From positions 5,024,001 through 5,088,000 of the forward strand of contig OY969474.1 in assembly GCA_963700145.1 (NCBI GenBank): DNA of 64,000 nt, given 5' to 3'. Positions 9,548 through 18,113 of the stretch are shown here, piece by piece (positions within the stretch are counted from its first letter, which is position 1; the number at the start of each line of letters is the position of its first letter). A model generated the notes under the pieces. The model searched no databases. It saw only the letters and a list, made by a program, of their open reading frames with translations, and was not told where the DNA came from. The position numbers and the translations under genes are program-made. This DNA comes from an uncultured Acidobacteriota bacterium (GTDB taxonomy: Bacteria > Acidobacteriota > Thermoanaerobaculia > Multivoradales > UBA5704).

Positions 9548-9868
9548 ATGATGGGGAGTCACCGCGGCAAGCCCTACCCGGCGGAGTTTCGTCGGCGGAT
9601 GGTTGAGTTGGTGCGGGCCGGGCGGACGGCCGAGGAGCTGAGTCGGGAGTTCGAGCCCTCGGCCGAGTCGATTCGCGACTGGGCACGCCAAGCCGACCGG
9701 GACGAGGGCCGGCGCGACGACGGGCTGACGACGGCCGAGCGCGAGGAGCTGCGCCGGCTGCGGCGGGAGAATCGCCAGTTGCGTGAGGACCGGGAGATTC
9801 TGGCAAAAGCCGCGGCCTGGTTTGCTCGGGAGACCGAGTCGAGCCCACGGAAGGGTTCGGATTCGTGA
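9548..9868 (+). CDS. IS3 transposase OrfA
   Basis: Identical to 1209-1529 except SIRDW versus SIHDW. Confidence 0.92.
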   Translation: MMGSHRGKPYPAEFRRRMVELVRAGRTAEELSREFEPSAESIRDWARQADRDEGRRDDGLTTAEREELRRLRRENRQLREDREILAKAAAWFARETESSPRKGSDS

Positions 9869-10710
9869 GGGCGCACCAGGCCTGCTACAGGGTAGTGAGG
9901 ATGTGCCGACTGCTGGGTGTCTCCTCCAGCGGGTATTACGCCTGGTGTCGGCGTCAGGCCGGTGCGCGAGCCCGAGCCGACGCGGCGCTCGGCGCGCAGA
10001 TCCGGGCGATCCACGCGCGGTCGTGGGGGACTTATGGGGCGCCCCGGATCCACGCCGAGCTGGCGGCGCAGGGCGTACGGGTGGGGCGCAAGCGTGTGGG
10101 GCGGCTGATGCGCGAGGCCGGGCTTGGGGGCGTCAGTCGGCGGAAGTGGCCCCGGACGACGGTGCGAGACGGCCAAGCCCGCCCGGCGCCGGATCTGGTC
10201 GGCCGTCACTTCACGGTCGACGCTCCGGATCGGCTCTGGGTGGCCGACATCACCTACATCCCGACCACGGCAGGGTTTCTGTACCTGGCCGTGGTCGTCG
10301 ACGCCTGGAGTCGGCGCGTGGTGGGCTGGTCGATGGCGACGCATCTGCAGACCGAGCTCGTGGTGGCGGCACTGGAGATGGCGCTTGGACAGCGGCGGCC
10401 GCAGGGCGTGATCCATCATTCCGACCAGGGGACGCAGTACACCTCGTTGGCCTTCGGCCAGCGCTGCCGACGAGCCGGTGTGCGGCCGTCGATGGGGTCG
10501 GTCGGGGACTGCTACGACAACGCGCTGTGCGAGAGCTTCTTTGCCACGCTCGAGTGCGAGCTGCTCGACCGGCGGCGCTTCGGGACCCAGACCGAGGCCC
10601 GGATGGCGGTGTTCGAGTTCCTCGAGGGCTGGTACAACCCGCATCGCCGGCACTCGGCCCTGGGCTATCTCAGCCCGGCGGAATTCGAGCGCCGGCGACG
10701 GGCAGCCTGA
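9865..10710 (+). CDS. IS3 transposase OrfB
   Basis: Protein identical to 1526-2371. Confidence 0.95.
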   Translation: MRAHQACYRVVRMCRLLGVSSSGYYAWCRRQAGARARADAALGAQIRAIHARSWGTYGAPRIHAELAAQGVRVGRKRVGRLMREAGLGGVSRRKWPRTTVRDGQARPAPDLVGRHFTVDAPDRLWVADITYIPTTAGFLYLAVVVDAWSRRVVGWSMATHLQTELVVAALEMALGQRRPQGVIHHSDQGTQYTSLAFGQRCRRAGVRPSMGSVGDCYDNALCESFFATLECELLDRRRFGTQTEARMAVFEFLEGWYNPHRRHSALGYLSPAEFERRRRAA

Positions 10711-10927
10711 GATGCACGTCACTCCTGGCGTTTTCGTCGGATCGTGGGACGGGCAGCTGCCCGCCTCACGCAGGGGAGGAGACCCCAAACTTCAACTGTC
10801 CACCAAACCGGGGTAAGTCCACCGGAAGCTTCCGCCTCAGGTCCGGAAGCTTCCGCAGCCCCTCGGGAAGCTTCCTACGCGCCTCGGGAGGCTTCCGGGC
10901 CGCGCGGTCATAGCGAAGCGCGAGTAA

Positions 10928-10967
10928 TTGACGTGTCCAAGCATACGATTTAGCCTTCAGCGTATGC
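10928..10967 (+). promoter_or_regulatory. sigma70-type promoter and operator of vapBC
   Basis: TTGACG(10928-10933)-N17-TAGCCT(10951-10956). Inverted repeat gcatacg(10941-10947)/cgtatgc(10961-10967) brackets the -10 box and overlaps the ATG. Confidence 0.75.
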
Positions 10968-11170
10968 GCACGACCCTCGATCTCCCGGATGAGCTGCTGG
11001 AGGAGGCCCGGCGCCTGCTGGGCTTCAAGTCGAAGACCGATACCGTCGTCCTCTCGCTGCGCGAGCTGGTGCGCAAGCGGCGCGTCGAGGAGCTCAAAGA
11101 CCTCCTCGGCTCGATCGAGCTGGACATCGACGTGTCGGAGTCCCGCCGGCGGCCGCCGGGGAACGGATGA
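10964..11170 (+). CDS. vapB: VapB-family antitoxin
   Basis: MRTTLDLPDELLEEARRLLGFKSKTDTV (RHH-type); ATGA overlap with the PIN gene. Confidence 0.9.
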   Translation: MRTTLDLPDELLEEARRLLGFKSKTDTVVLSLRELVRKRRVEELKDLLGSIELDIDVSESRRRPPGNG

Positions 11171-11553
11171 TCTTCGTCGACACCTCGATCTGGGTCGAGG
11201 CGTTGCGCCGGGGAGAGTCGCCGGAGGCGCGGCACCTTTCCGCGCTCCTGGACGACGGGACCGTCGCGCTCGCCGTCCCCGTGCGTATCGAGATCCTGGC
11301 CGGCGCCTCGGCCCGAGACCGCGTGACATTGCGCCGCACCCTCTCGGCGCTGCCGCTCTTCCACCCCGCGGGGAGCACCTGGCGGCTCGTCGAGAGCTGG
11401 CTCGATCTTGCCTCCGCGGCGGGCGAGCGCTTCGGCTTCGCCGACCTCTTGATCGGCGCCATCGCCGCCGAGCAGGAAGGGGAGCTGTGGTCTCGCGACG
11501 CCGACTTCCAGCGCATGGCGCGGGTCGGCCTGGTGCGGCTGCACGCCGCCTGA
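11167..11553 (+). CDS. vapC: VapC PIN-domain toxin
   Basis: Motifs IFVDTSIW, EILAG, FADLLIGA and LWSRDADF. Confidence 0.93.
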   Translation: MIFVDTSIWVEALRRGESPEARHLSALLDDGTVALAVPVRIEILAGASARDRVTLRRTLSALPLFHPAGSTWRLVESWLDLASAAGERFGFADLLIGAIAAEQEGELWSRDADFQRMARVGLVRLHAA

Positions 11554-11565
11554 GAGGGACCGGGG

Positions 11566-11967
11566 ATGGTGCGAACCCACGGCCTGACGCACGTCGCCCT
11601 CGCAGTGCGGGACGCCGAGCGGGCGTTCCGCTTCTACGAGGCGGTCTTCGGGGCGGTGGCGGTGTACCGGCAGGAGGGGTTCATCCAGGCGCAGACGCCG
11701 GGGAGCCGCGACGTGCTGGTGTTCGAGGAGGACGCCAAGCGCGCCGGCAAGGCCGGCGGCGTGGCGCACTTCGGCTTCCGGCTCCTCGACCCCGCCGACA
11801 TCGACGCCGCCGCGGCGGCCGTGCGCGAGGCCGGCGGCAGCATCCGCGAGCAGGGCGAGTTCTGCCCCGGCGAGCCCTACCTCTTCTGCGCCGACCCGGA
11901 CGGCTACGAAGTAGAGATCTGGTACGAGCTGCCGACGCCGGTCGATCCGGCGGCGGGCGACGGCTAG
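11566..11967 (+). CDS. VOC/glyoxalase family protein
   Basis: Motifs LTHVALAVRD, HFGF and DPDGYEVEI. Confidence 0.9.
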   Translation: MVRTHGLTHVALAVRDAERAFRFYEAVFGAVAVYRQEGFIQAQTPGSRDVLVFEEDAKRAGKAGGVAHFGFRLLDPADIDAAAAAVREAGGSIREQGEFCPGEPYLFCADPDGYEVEIWYELPTPVDPAAGDG

Positions 11968-12112
11968 CGTATGCCTTGTGCCGAGATTCGGGGGAGCGGG
12001 GCGTCCAGTTGAGGCGACCAAACGCAAATGGTCTGCAGAAGGCGAAGGCGCATTCAAAGGTGGAATATCATACCTCCTCCACGAAACCTATCCGAGCACG
12101 CATGAGGCTACG

Positions 12113-13300
12113 ATGAAAATCCTGATGCTCAGCGCTGCCTATACAGGAAGTGCAGGAGGAGTTGCTCGTCATGTAGTGACCCTCGCTCGTGGGCTCGTAC
12201 GGCACAGGGACGTGAAGGTTCATGTGCTCGCTCTTGCAAAAGAAGGCGCGGAGGGGAAACGACAAAGGCGCGGCCGCCTCACCGAGTGGAAGTTGAAACG
12301 TGAGTTGGTGGAAGAGTTTTCGGGTCGGCGAGTCGTCTTCGGTCGGCTGTTTGAGCTGCTAGGGGGAGACTGGTTTAGCATCGAACCGGATGCGATTCAC
12401 GCTCACGACTTCGACTCAATGATTCTCGGAGTGATGTTACGGTGCGCTTACGGTTGCCCTCTCGTAATTACGGTGCACAGAGCGCCAACAGAATGGCGTA
12501 GCGGTCGGTTCAAGGAGAATGCTAAGGATTGCCTTCTGGAGCTCGTACGCTGCCAATCACTTGTTGATAGCATAGTGGTCCCAAGCGAAGCAAGCGCTCG
12601 AATTCTGCGTAGCCAAGGCTTCACGAACATCGATGTAATTCCTCATGCGATTGGGAAACACTTATTGTCACACCAGACACTGCCGGATCTATTGAGGGAG
12701 CGTGGTGTCCCTGAGGACCGACGACTCGTTTTCAGTCCTGTCCGCCCAGACGAGCACAAAGACCCGCAGATCGTCATCCGTGCAGCTGCGCGCGTTATCA
12801 GCTCATGGGCTGAAGGTGATAGGCCGTTATTCTTGCTGCTTGACGACCTACAGAATGCATCGTTGAGCCAGGAGTTGCGTGCGGTCGCAAGCAGCTGGGG
12901 GCTTGTTGAAGGTCAAGACATCGTATTTACCCGGCCATTTGCTTATGGAGGCGAGCTTGCGACGGTTCTGCGTAGGTCGGAATTAATCGTAATCCCATCG
13001 GTACGTGAGTCGTTTGGTCAGAGTGTCTTAGATGCATTCATGTTCGCCAAGCCGGTGACCGCTCGAAACAGCATGGCTCTAAGCGAGCTAGTTCGCCATG
13101 GGGAGAATGGCCTGCTTTTCAGTACGTACGAGGAGTTGGCTGCGACGATTCGCAGGCTCCTGCTTGATGGTCACTTGGCAAGCCGACTGGGACAAGCGGG
13201 AAGAGAGGATAACGAGAGCCGCTTTAGGTTAGATGAGATGGTGGCCCGTTACCGCGAGCTTTATGGCCGGCTGCTTCGCGGCGGTGTTCCGAGGACATGA
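12113..13300 (+). CDS. glycosyltransferase family 4 (GT-B), in a lower-GC islet
   Basis: MKILMLS...GGVARHV, IHAHD, IPSVRESFGQSVLDA and ELVRHGENGLL. Many A/T-ending codons, unlike the flanking genes. Confidence 0.88.
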   Translation: MKILMLSAAYTGSAGGVARHVVTLARGLVRHRDVKVHVLALAKEGAEGKRQRRGRLTEWKLKRELVEEFSGRRVVFGRLFELLGGDWFSIEPDAIHAHDFDSMILGVMLRCAYGCPLVITVHRAPTEWRSGRFKENAKDCLLELVRCQSLVDSIVVPSEASARILRSQGFTNIDVIPHAIGKHLLSHQTLPDLLRERGVPEDRRLVFSPVRPDEHKDPQIVIRAAARVISSWAEGDRPLFLLLDDLQNASLSQELRAVASSWGLVEGQDIVFTRPFAYGGELATVLRRSELIVIPSVRESFGQSVLDAFMFAKPVTARNSMALSELVRHGENGLLFSTYEELAATIRRLLLDGHLASRLGQAGREDNESRFRLDEMVARYRELYGRLLRGGVPRT

Positions 13301-13323
13301 AAAAAGGCCGCTTTCCGCGGCCT
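13300..13323 (-). terminator. intrinsic terminator (minus strand)
   Basis: Minus strand reads aggccgc-ggaaa-gcggcct-ttttt. Confidence 0.8.
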
Positions 13324-13373
13324 CCGTTCCAGAGTGGGTCTAGGAGAGGACACCACCCCGGAAACTTTACTGT
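13300..13373 (-). ncRNA. candidate ~72-nt small RNA with two hairpins
   Basis: Minus-strand promoter upstream. Hairpin ttccggggtgg...ccactctggaa with a CUCUCCU loop, followed by an intrinsic terminator. Confidence 0.6.
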
Positions 13374-13378
13374 GCGGA

Positions 13379-13407
13379 AGTGTAGCGCAGGGCCGGCGCC
13401 TAGTCAA
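13379..13407 (-). promoter_or_regulatory. sigma70-type promoter of the sRNA candidate
   Basis: TTGACT(13407-13402)-N17-TACACT(13384-13379). Confidence 0.7.
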
Positions 13408-13490
13408 ATCCTGCCAGGGAAGGTATGGCGAGGGTCGGAGGCGCTCGGGCGTGCGCTCCTGAAGGTTCTGCCCGCGTTTGGTTTGTCCCG

Positions 13491-16400
13491 CTAGGTCGCC
13501 TCGGCGGCCTCGCGCCGCGCCTGGGCGCGCGCGCTCCGCCGCGCCGCCCGGCGGTCCTGCCATTCGGAGATCGTCGTGTAGACGACCGGCACCAGCAGCA
13601 GGGTGATGAGGGTCGAGACGGTCATGCCGCCGATGACGACGCGCGCCATCGACGCCTGCACCTCGGCGCCTTCGCCGATGCCCAGCGCCAGCGGGATGAG
13701 GCCCAGCACCGTCGCCGCCGTGGTCATCAGGATCGGCCGCAGCCGCCGCCGGCCGCCTTCGACGACCGCCTCGTGCAGCTCCATGCCGTCACGCCGGCGC
13801 AGGAGGTTGACGTAGTCGATGAGCACGATGGCGTTGTTGGTGACGATGCCGATCAGCAGGATCATCCCGATGTAGCTCTGGATGTTGAAGGTGGTCTGGG
13901 TCAGCCACATGGTGAAGAAGACGCCGATCGCCGCCATCGGCACCGAGAACATGACCACGAACGGGTCGAGCAGGTTCTCGAACTCCGCCGCCATCACCAT
14001 GTAGACCAGGAGGAGCGCCAGCGCCAGGGCCATGAGCAGCTGGCGCGAGGCCTTCTGCTGCTCCTCGTACTCGCCGCCGAGAATGACCGCGTGGCCGTCG
14101 GGCACCGGCACCTCGCGCAGCGCCGCCCGCGCCGCCTCCGCCGCCGTCCCCAGGTCCTCACCGGCGACCAGCGTCGCGGTCACCGGGATCACCCGCTCCT
14201 GGTCCTCGCGGTCGATGATCACCGGTCCGCGCGACACGCCCACCTCGACGACGGTGCGCAGCGGCACCGACTCGCCGCCGGCGGCGACCAGCGACACCTG
14301 GTCGATGTCGGCGAGGCGGACGCGGTCGGGCTCGGCCAGGCGGACGACGATGTCCACCTCGCGCCCGGCCTCGCGCAGCACGGTGGCGCGGCTGCCGGCC
14401 AGGTTGGTCTCGATGACCTCGGCGACCTGCTGCATCGAGAGCCCGAGCTGCGCCAGCTTGTCGCGGTTGATCCGCATCACCCGCTCGGGCCGCCCGGGGT
14501 CGCGGGCGATGCGCACGTCGGTCAGGATCGGGATCGTCTGCAGCGCCGCACGCGTCCGCTCGGCGAGCTCGAAGCCGGCCTCCAAGTCCTCGCCGCGCAC
14601 CTCGACCGTCAGCCCCTCGTCACCGCCGCCGAAGGCCATGTTGAGGATGAAGAGCCCGGAACCCTCGCGCGCCCGCACCTTGACGCCGGGCAGCCCCGAG
14701 AGGCGCTCGCGCAGGGCGTCGGCGATCTCGGTCGAGGAGCGCTCGCGCTCGCCCTTCGGCGCCAGCGTCACCCGCAGGTCGCCGCTGTGCTGGCCGCTCG
14801 CCCGCCAGCCGCCGCCGCCGATCGAGGTCAGCATCTTGCGTGCCTCCGGCACCTCGGCGGCGACGACGCGCTCGATCTCGCGGAAGGTCTTGTCCATCAC
14901 CTCGAGCTTCGTGCCCACCGACATCTCGGCGTTGATCCGCACCTCGCCCTCGTCGGTCTGCGGCATCAGCTCCGAGCCGATGAAGGGCACGACGAGGAGG
15001 CTGGCCGCGAACAGAGCGGCGGCGCCGCCCACGACCTGCGCGCGGTGCGCCAGCGCCCAGGCGACGCCGCGGCGGTAGCGCTCCTCGAGCGCGGCGAGGA
15101 AGGCCTCGCTGCGGGCGTAGAAGCGGCGGAGGAGCGGGCCGTGCGGCGTCGGGTGGGCCTCGCCGCGGGCGAGCAGGCGCGCGGCGAGCACCGGGATGAG
15201 CGTCAGGCCGACGACCAGCGAGGCCGCCTGCGAGAAGGCGACGACGATGGCGAGCTGCCGGTACATGACCCCGGCCATGCCGCGCATGAAGACGATGGGC
15301 AAAAAGACCACCATGGTGGTGATCGTCGTGGCGATGAGCGGCGCCGCCACCTCCTGCGTCCCCTCGACCGCGGCGCGCAGGATCGGCAGCCCCTCCTCGC
15401 GCTTGCGGAAGATGTTCTCGAGCACCACGACCGCGTTGTCGAGCAGCATGCCGACGCCGAGCGCCAGGCCGCCGAAGGTCATGATGTTGAGGGTGTAGCC
15501 GTTGAAGTAGACGAGCGCCAGGGTGGCGAGCACCGAGATCGGCGTCACCACGGCGATGACCAGCGTCGAGCGGAAGGAACGCAGGAAGAAGAAGAGAACG
15601 ATGGTGGCGAGGACACCGCCGATCAGCGCGTTCGAGCCGACGTTGGACATCGCTTGGCGGATGTACTGGCTGGTGTCGATGATCGGCTGGACGCGCACCT
15701 CGGGGAAGTCGAGGTTGAGGCGCTCCACCTCGGCGAGGATGCCGTCGGCCACCTCGACGGTGTTCGAGCCGGCCTGCTTGTTGATCGCCAGGCGGACGCC
15801 TGGCTCGCCGTTGATGCGGGTCAGCGTCGTGATCTCCTCGACGCCGGCCTTGACCTCGGCGACGTCGCGCAGGTAGATCGGCGTGCCGTCGCGCACGGTG
15901 ACGACGGTCGAGCCGATCTCCTCGGGCGTGCGGTACTCGCCGACGGTGCGCAGGTAGAGGTCGAGGTTCCCCTCCTCGACCTTGCCGGCCGGGCGGTTCA
16001 GGTTCTCCTCGCGCAGCAGGCGCGTGATGCGGTCGGCGGAGAGGCCGAGGGCGAGCATGCGGTCGCGGTCGAGGTTGACCTGCACCTGCCGCCGCAGGCC
16101 GCCGCGGATGTCCACCGAGGCGACGCCGGGCACGCGCTCGAGCCGGCGCTGGATGCGCTCCTCGGTGAACTGCCGCAGCTCGGTTGCCTCCAGGGTGGGG
16201 GAGGCGACGCCGAGGAAGACGATGGGGAAGGCGGCGAGGTCGAACTTGAAGACCGACGGCGTGTCCGCCTCCTCGGGCAGGGTGCCGCGGATGCGGTCGA
16301 CGCGGCTGCGCACCTCCTCGGCGGCGGCGTCGAGGTCGGTGCCCCAGGTGAAGGAGACGCGCACCGAAGAGTCCCCCTCGGCGGAGGTCGAGGTGATCGT

Positions 16401-16634
16401 CTCGACGCCGGCGATGGCGGCGACGGCGTTCTCGATCGGCCGCGTGACCAGGTCCTCGACCTCCTGCGGCCCGACGTTCGGGTAGCTGGTGCGGACGGTG
16501 AGCGTGGGGTAGCTCACCTCGGGCATGAGGTCCACCGGGAGCTGCAGGGCGGCCACCGTGCCCAGGAGGACGACGATGAGCGTCCCCATGATCGTAGTGA
16601 CGGGGCGGTGGACGGCGCCGGCGATCATGCTCAT
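13491..16634 (-). CDS. RND efflux transporter permease subunit (AcrB/AcrD/AcrF family)
   Basis: Start MSMIAGAVHRPVTT; LPVDLMPEV, GMLLDNAVVVLENI, NNAIVLID and RRLRPILMTT. Confidence 0.95.
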   Translation of the reverse strand: MSMIAGAVHRPVTTIMGTLIVVLLGTVAALQLPVDLMPEVSYPTLTVRTSYPNVGPQEVEDLVTRPIENAVAAIAGVETITSTSAEGDSSVRVSFTWGTDLDAAAEEVRSRVDRIRGTLPEEADTPSVFKFDLAAFPIVFLGVASPTLEATELRQFTEERIQRRLERVPGVASVDIRGGLRRQVQVNLDRDRMLALGLSADRITRLLREENLNRPAGKVEEGNLDLYLRTVGEYRTPEEIGSTVVTVRDGTPIYLRDVAEVKAGVEEITTLTRINGEPGVRLAINKQAGSNTVEVADGILAEVERLNLDFPEVRVQPIIDTSQYIRQAMSNVGSNALIGGVLATIVLFFFLRSFRSTLVIAVVTPISVLATLALVYFNGYTLNIMTFGGLALGVGMLLDNAVVVLENIFRKREEGLPILRAAVEGTQEVAAPLIATTITTMVVFLPIVFMRGMAGVMYRQLAIVVAFSQAASLVVGLTLIPVLAARLLARGEAHPTPHGPLLRRFYARSEAFLAALEERYRRGVAWALAHRAQVVGGAAALFAASLLVVPFIGSELMPQTDEGEVRINAEMSVGTKLEVMDKTFREIERVVAAEVPEARKMLTSIGGGGWRASGQHSGDLRVTLAPKGERERSSTEIADALRERLSGLPGVKVRAREGSGLFILNMAFGGGDEGLTVEVRGEDLEAGFELAERTRAALQTIPILTDVRIARDPGRPERVMRINRDKLAQLGLSMQQVAEVIETNLAGSRATVLREAGREVDIVVRLAEPDRVRLADIDQVSLVAAGGESVPLRTVVEVGVSRGPVIIDREDQERVIPVTATLVAGEDLGTAAEAARAALREVPVPDGHAVILGGEYEEQQKASRQLLMALALALLLVYMVMAAEFENLLDPFVVMFSVPMAAIGVFFTMWLTQTTFNIQSYIGMILLIGIVTNNAIVLIDYVNLLRRRDGMELHEAVVEGGRRRLRPILMTTAATVLGLIPLALGIGEGAEVQASMARVVIGGMTVSTLITLLLVPVVYTTISEWQDRRAARRSARAQARREAAEAT

Positions 16635-17983
16635 GGCGAAGGCCTCCGCGCGGGCGGCTTGGCGGTGCCGGCCGCGGCGAGCACGACCGGCGAGCCGTCG
16701 CGCAGCTCCTGCTGGCCGAGGGTGATGACGGGCTGGCCTTTCCGCAGCGTCCCTTCGACCGCCGCCAGCGGCCGCCCGCCGCCGCCGCCGGTGCCGAGCA
16801 CCTCGACCTGCACGCGCTTGGCGGCCCAGCTCGGGCCGCCGGCGCCCGGCGCGCCCGCCGCGCGGTCGCCCCCGTTGCGGTCGTTGCCGCCGTTGCGCCC
16901 GCCAGCGCCTTCGGGCCGCGGCGCGGCGCGCTCGACGGTGAAGACGTAGGTGGCCCGCTCCTCCTCGACCAGCGCCGCGCGCGGCACGAGGAGGGCGTCG
17001 GGGGCGGTCGAGAGCGCCACGGCGACGCTGGCGAACATGCCGGGCTTGAGGCGGCCGTCGGGGTTGGCGATCTCCACCTCCGCCTCGGCGGTGTTGGTGC
17101 GCGGGTCGAAGAGCGAGGCGATGCGCGCCACTCTGCCTTGAAACTCGGCGCCGCGCAGGGCCTCGACGGTCACCACCGCCGGCTGCCCGACGCGCACCCG
17201 CGCGGCGTCCTTCTCGGAGAGCGGCAGCGTCGTCTCGATCGTCGAGACGTCGATCAGGGTGAAGACCGGCTGGTCGCCGGCGGCGAAGGCGCCCAGGTCG
17301 AGGTGGCGCTTGCCGACCGAGCCGGAGAAGGGCGCCCGGATGAGCGTCTGCTCGAGCTCGACACGGCCGGCCGAGAGGTTCGCCTGCGCCTGCTCGACGG
17401 CGGCGCGCGCCACCTGCACCTGCGCCTCGGCCCCCTTGAGCTCGGCCTGCGCGGCCTCCTGCTGCTGCAGGGCCACGAGCTGCTGCTCGTAGAGGCTCTG
17501 CGTGCGGGCGGCGTTGCCGTGCGCGATCTCCTGCGCGGCGCGGCGCTGGGCGAGGGTGGCCCGCGCCATCTCGACCGCGGCGGCGAGCTGGTCGATCTGC
17601 TCGCGCTGCTCGGCGGCGTCGATGCGGGCGAGCACCTGCCCCTGCCCCACGCGGTCGCCGGTGTCGACCAGCACCTGCACGATCTGCCCCGCGGTCTTGG
17701 CGTAGAGGTCGGCCTGGGAGCGCGCCTCGAGCGTCCCCACCCACTCACCCCAGATCTCGAACGGCCCGCGGCCGACCGGCGCGGTCTCGACGACCGCCGG
17801 GCCGAAGGCGCCGCCCATGCCGCCGGCCATGCCGCCGAAGCCGCCGGGGCCCTCCGCCGCCTTGGGATCGCGGGCGCAGACGAGGAACCAGAGCAGCGCC
17901 AGCCCGGCGGCGGCGAGGCCGCCGCGGATCAGGAGCTTCTGCGTCTGCCGGCGCTCCGGCTGGGAGGTCGCTTCGACTTGCAT
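16631..17983 (-). CDS. RND efflux periplasmic adaptor (membrane fusion protein)
   Basis: N-terminal TM segment, VDTGDRVGQGQVLARID, coiled coil, IRAPFSG and LKPGMFA. Confidence 0.93.
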   Translation of the reverse strand: MQVEATSQPERRQTQKLLIRGGLAAAGLALLWFLVCARDPKAAEGPGGFGGMAGGMGGAFGPAVVETAPVGRGPFEIWGEWVGTLEARSQADLYAKTAGQIVQVLVDTGDRVGQGQVLARIDAAEQREQIDQLAAAVEMARATLAQRRAAQEIAHGNAARTQSLYEQQLVALQQQEAAQAELKGAEAQVQVARAAVEQAQANLSAGRVELEQTLIRAPFSGSVGKRHLDLGAFAAGDQPVFTLIDVSTIETTLPLSEKDAARVRVGQPAVVTVEALRGAEFQGRVARIASLFDPRTNTAEAEVEIANPDGRLKPGMFASVAVALSTAPDALLVPRAALVEEERATYVFTVERAAPRPEGAGGRNGGNDRNGGDRAAGAPGAGGPSWAAKRVQVEVLGTGGGGGRPLAAVEGTLRKGQPVITLGQQELRDGSPVVLAAAGTAKPPARRPSP

Positions 17984-17994
17984 CCGGGGGTTTT

Positions 17995-18020
17995 AACGCG
18001 CGCAGGCCGTTGAGGTTTCC
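17995..18020 (-). promoter_or_regulatory. ECF-sigma-like promoter of the RND operon
   Basis: Minus strand GGAAAC-N16-CGTT, just upstream of ATG 17983. Confidence 0.5.
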
Positions 18021-18113
18021 CGCCGCCGGCCGCGACTCGCGGCACTGTAACACGCGCTGCCGCAGCGGCTTGTAATGCCGGTGTAAAACTTCCTCGAGTC
18101 GCCGGCGCGCGGC

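Larger units (their letters stand above)
9497..10821 (+). mobile_element. IS3-family insertion sequence, copy 2 (1325 bp)
   Basis: Same IRs as copy 1; 4-bp target duplication ccgg (9493-9496 / 10822-10825). The only difference noticed from copy 1 is G9675 versus A1336. Confidence 0.97.
9286..10896. repeat. 21-bp-period palindromic tandem array 2 (core GGAAGCTTCC, 14 units), split by IS3 copy 2
   Basis: Cores at 9286, 9307, 9328, 9349, 9370, 9391, 9412, 9433, 9453, 9474, 9495/10824 (split), 10845, 10866 and 10887. Linkers are 11 nt and variable, with one 10-nt linker. Confidence 0.95.

Noticed and set aside
9009-9868. Heptad-repeat ORFs (RKLP/EAS/GSF frames) across array 2
   Set aside because: They lack a convincing start and RBS, the 20-bp step and the IS break the frame, and they overlap TA promoters. 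A decayed coding origin is not fully excluded, because GAA/GAG variants are synonymous in one plus-strand frame.
1158-10821. Composite transposon bounded by the two IS3 copies
   Set aside because: Each copy has its own TSD (cccc; ccgg), the outer flanks do not match, and each copy splits its own array.
9286-10896. CRISPR array interpretation of the periodic repeats (also 1087-2574 and 31380-31591)
   Set aside because: Repeats of 10-14 bp and linkers of 7-11 nt are far shorter than CRISPR repeats and spacers, and there is no cas gene or leader in the window.
12053-12081. Strong minus-strand SD-like GGAGGAGG next to an ATG upstream of GT4
   Set aside because: The ATG is only 1 nt from the SD and opens a 5-codon frame (MIFHL); not supportable as a gene.
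13425-16949. Very long antisense or alternate-frame ORFs (also 3871-6177, 38526-41702, 48917-51970, 52534-55215, 55642-58818)
   Set aside because: These are shadow ORFs expected in high-GC DNA, overlapping well-supported genes; their translations are low-complexity and show no motifs.
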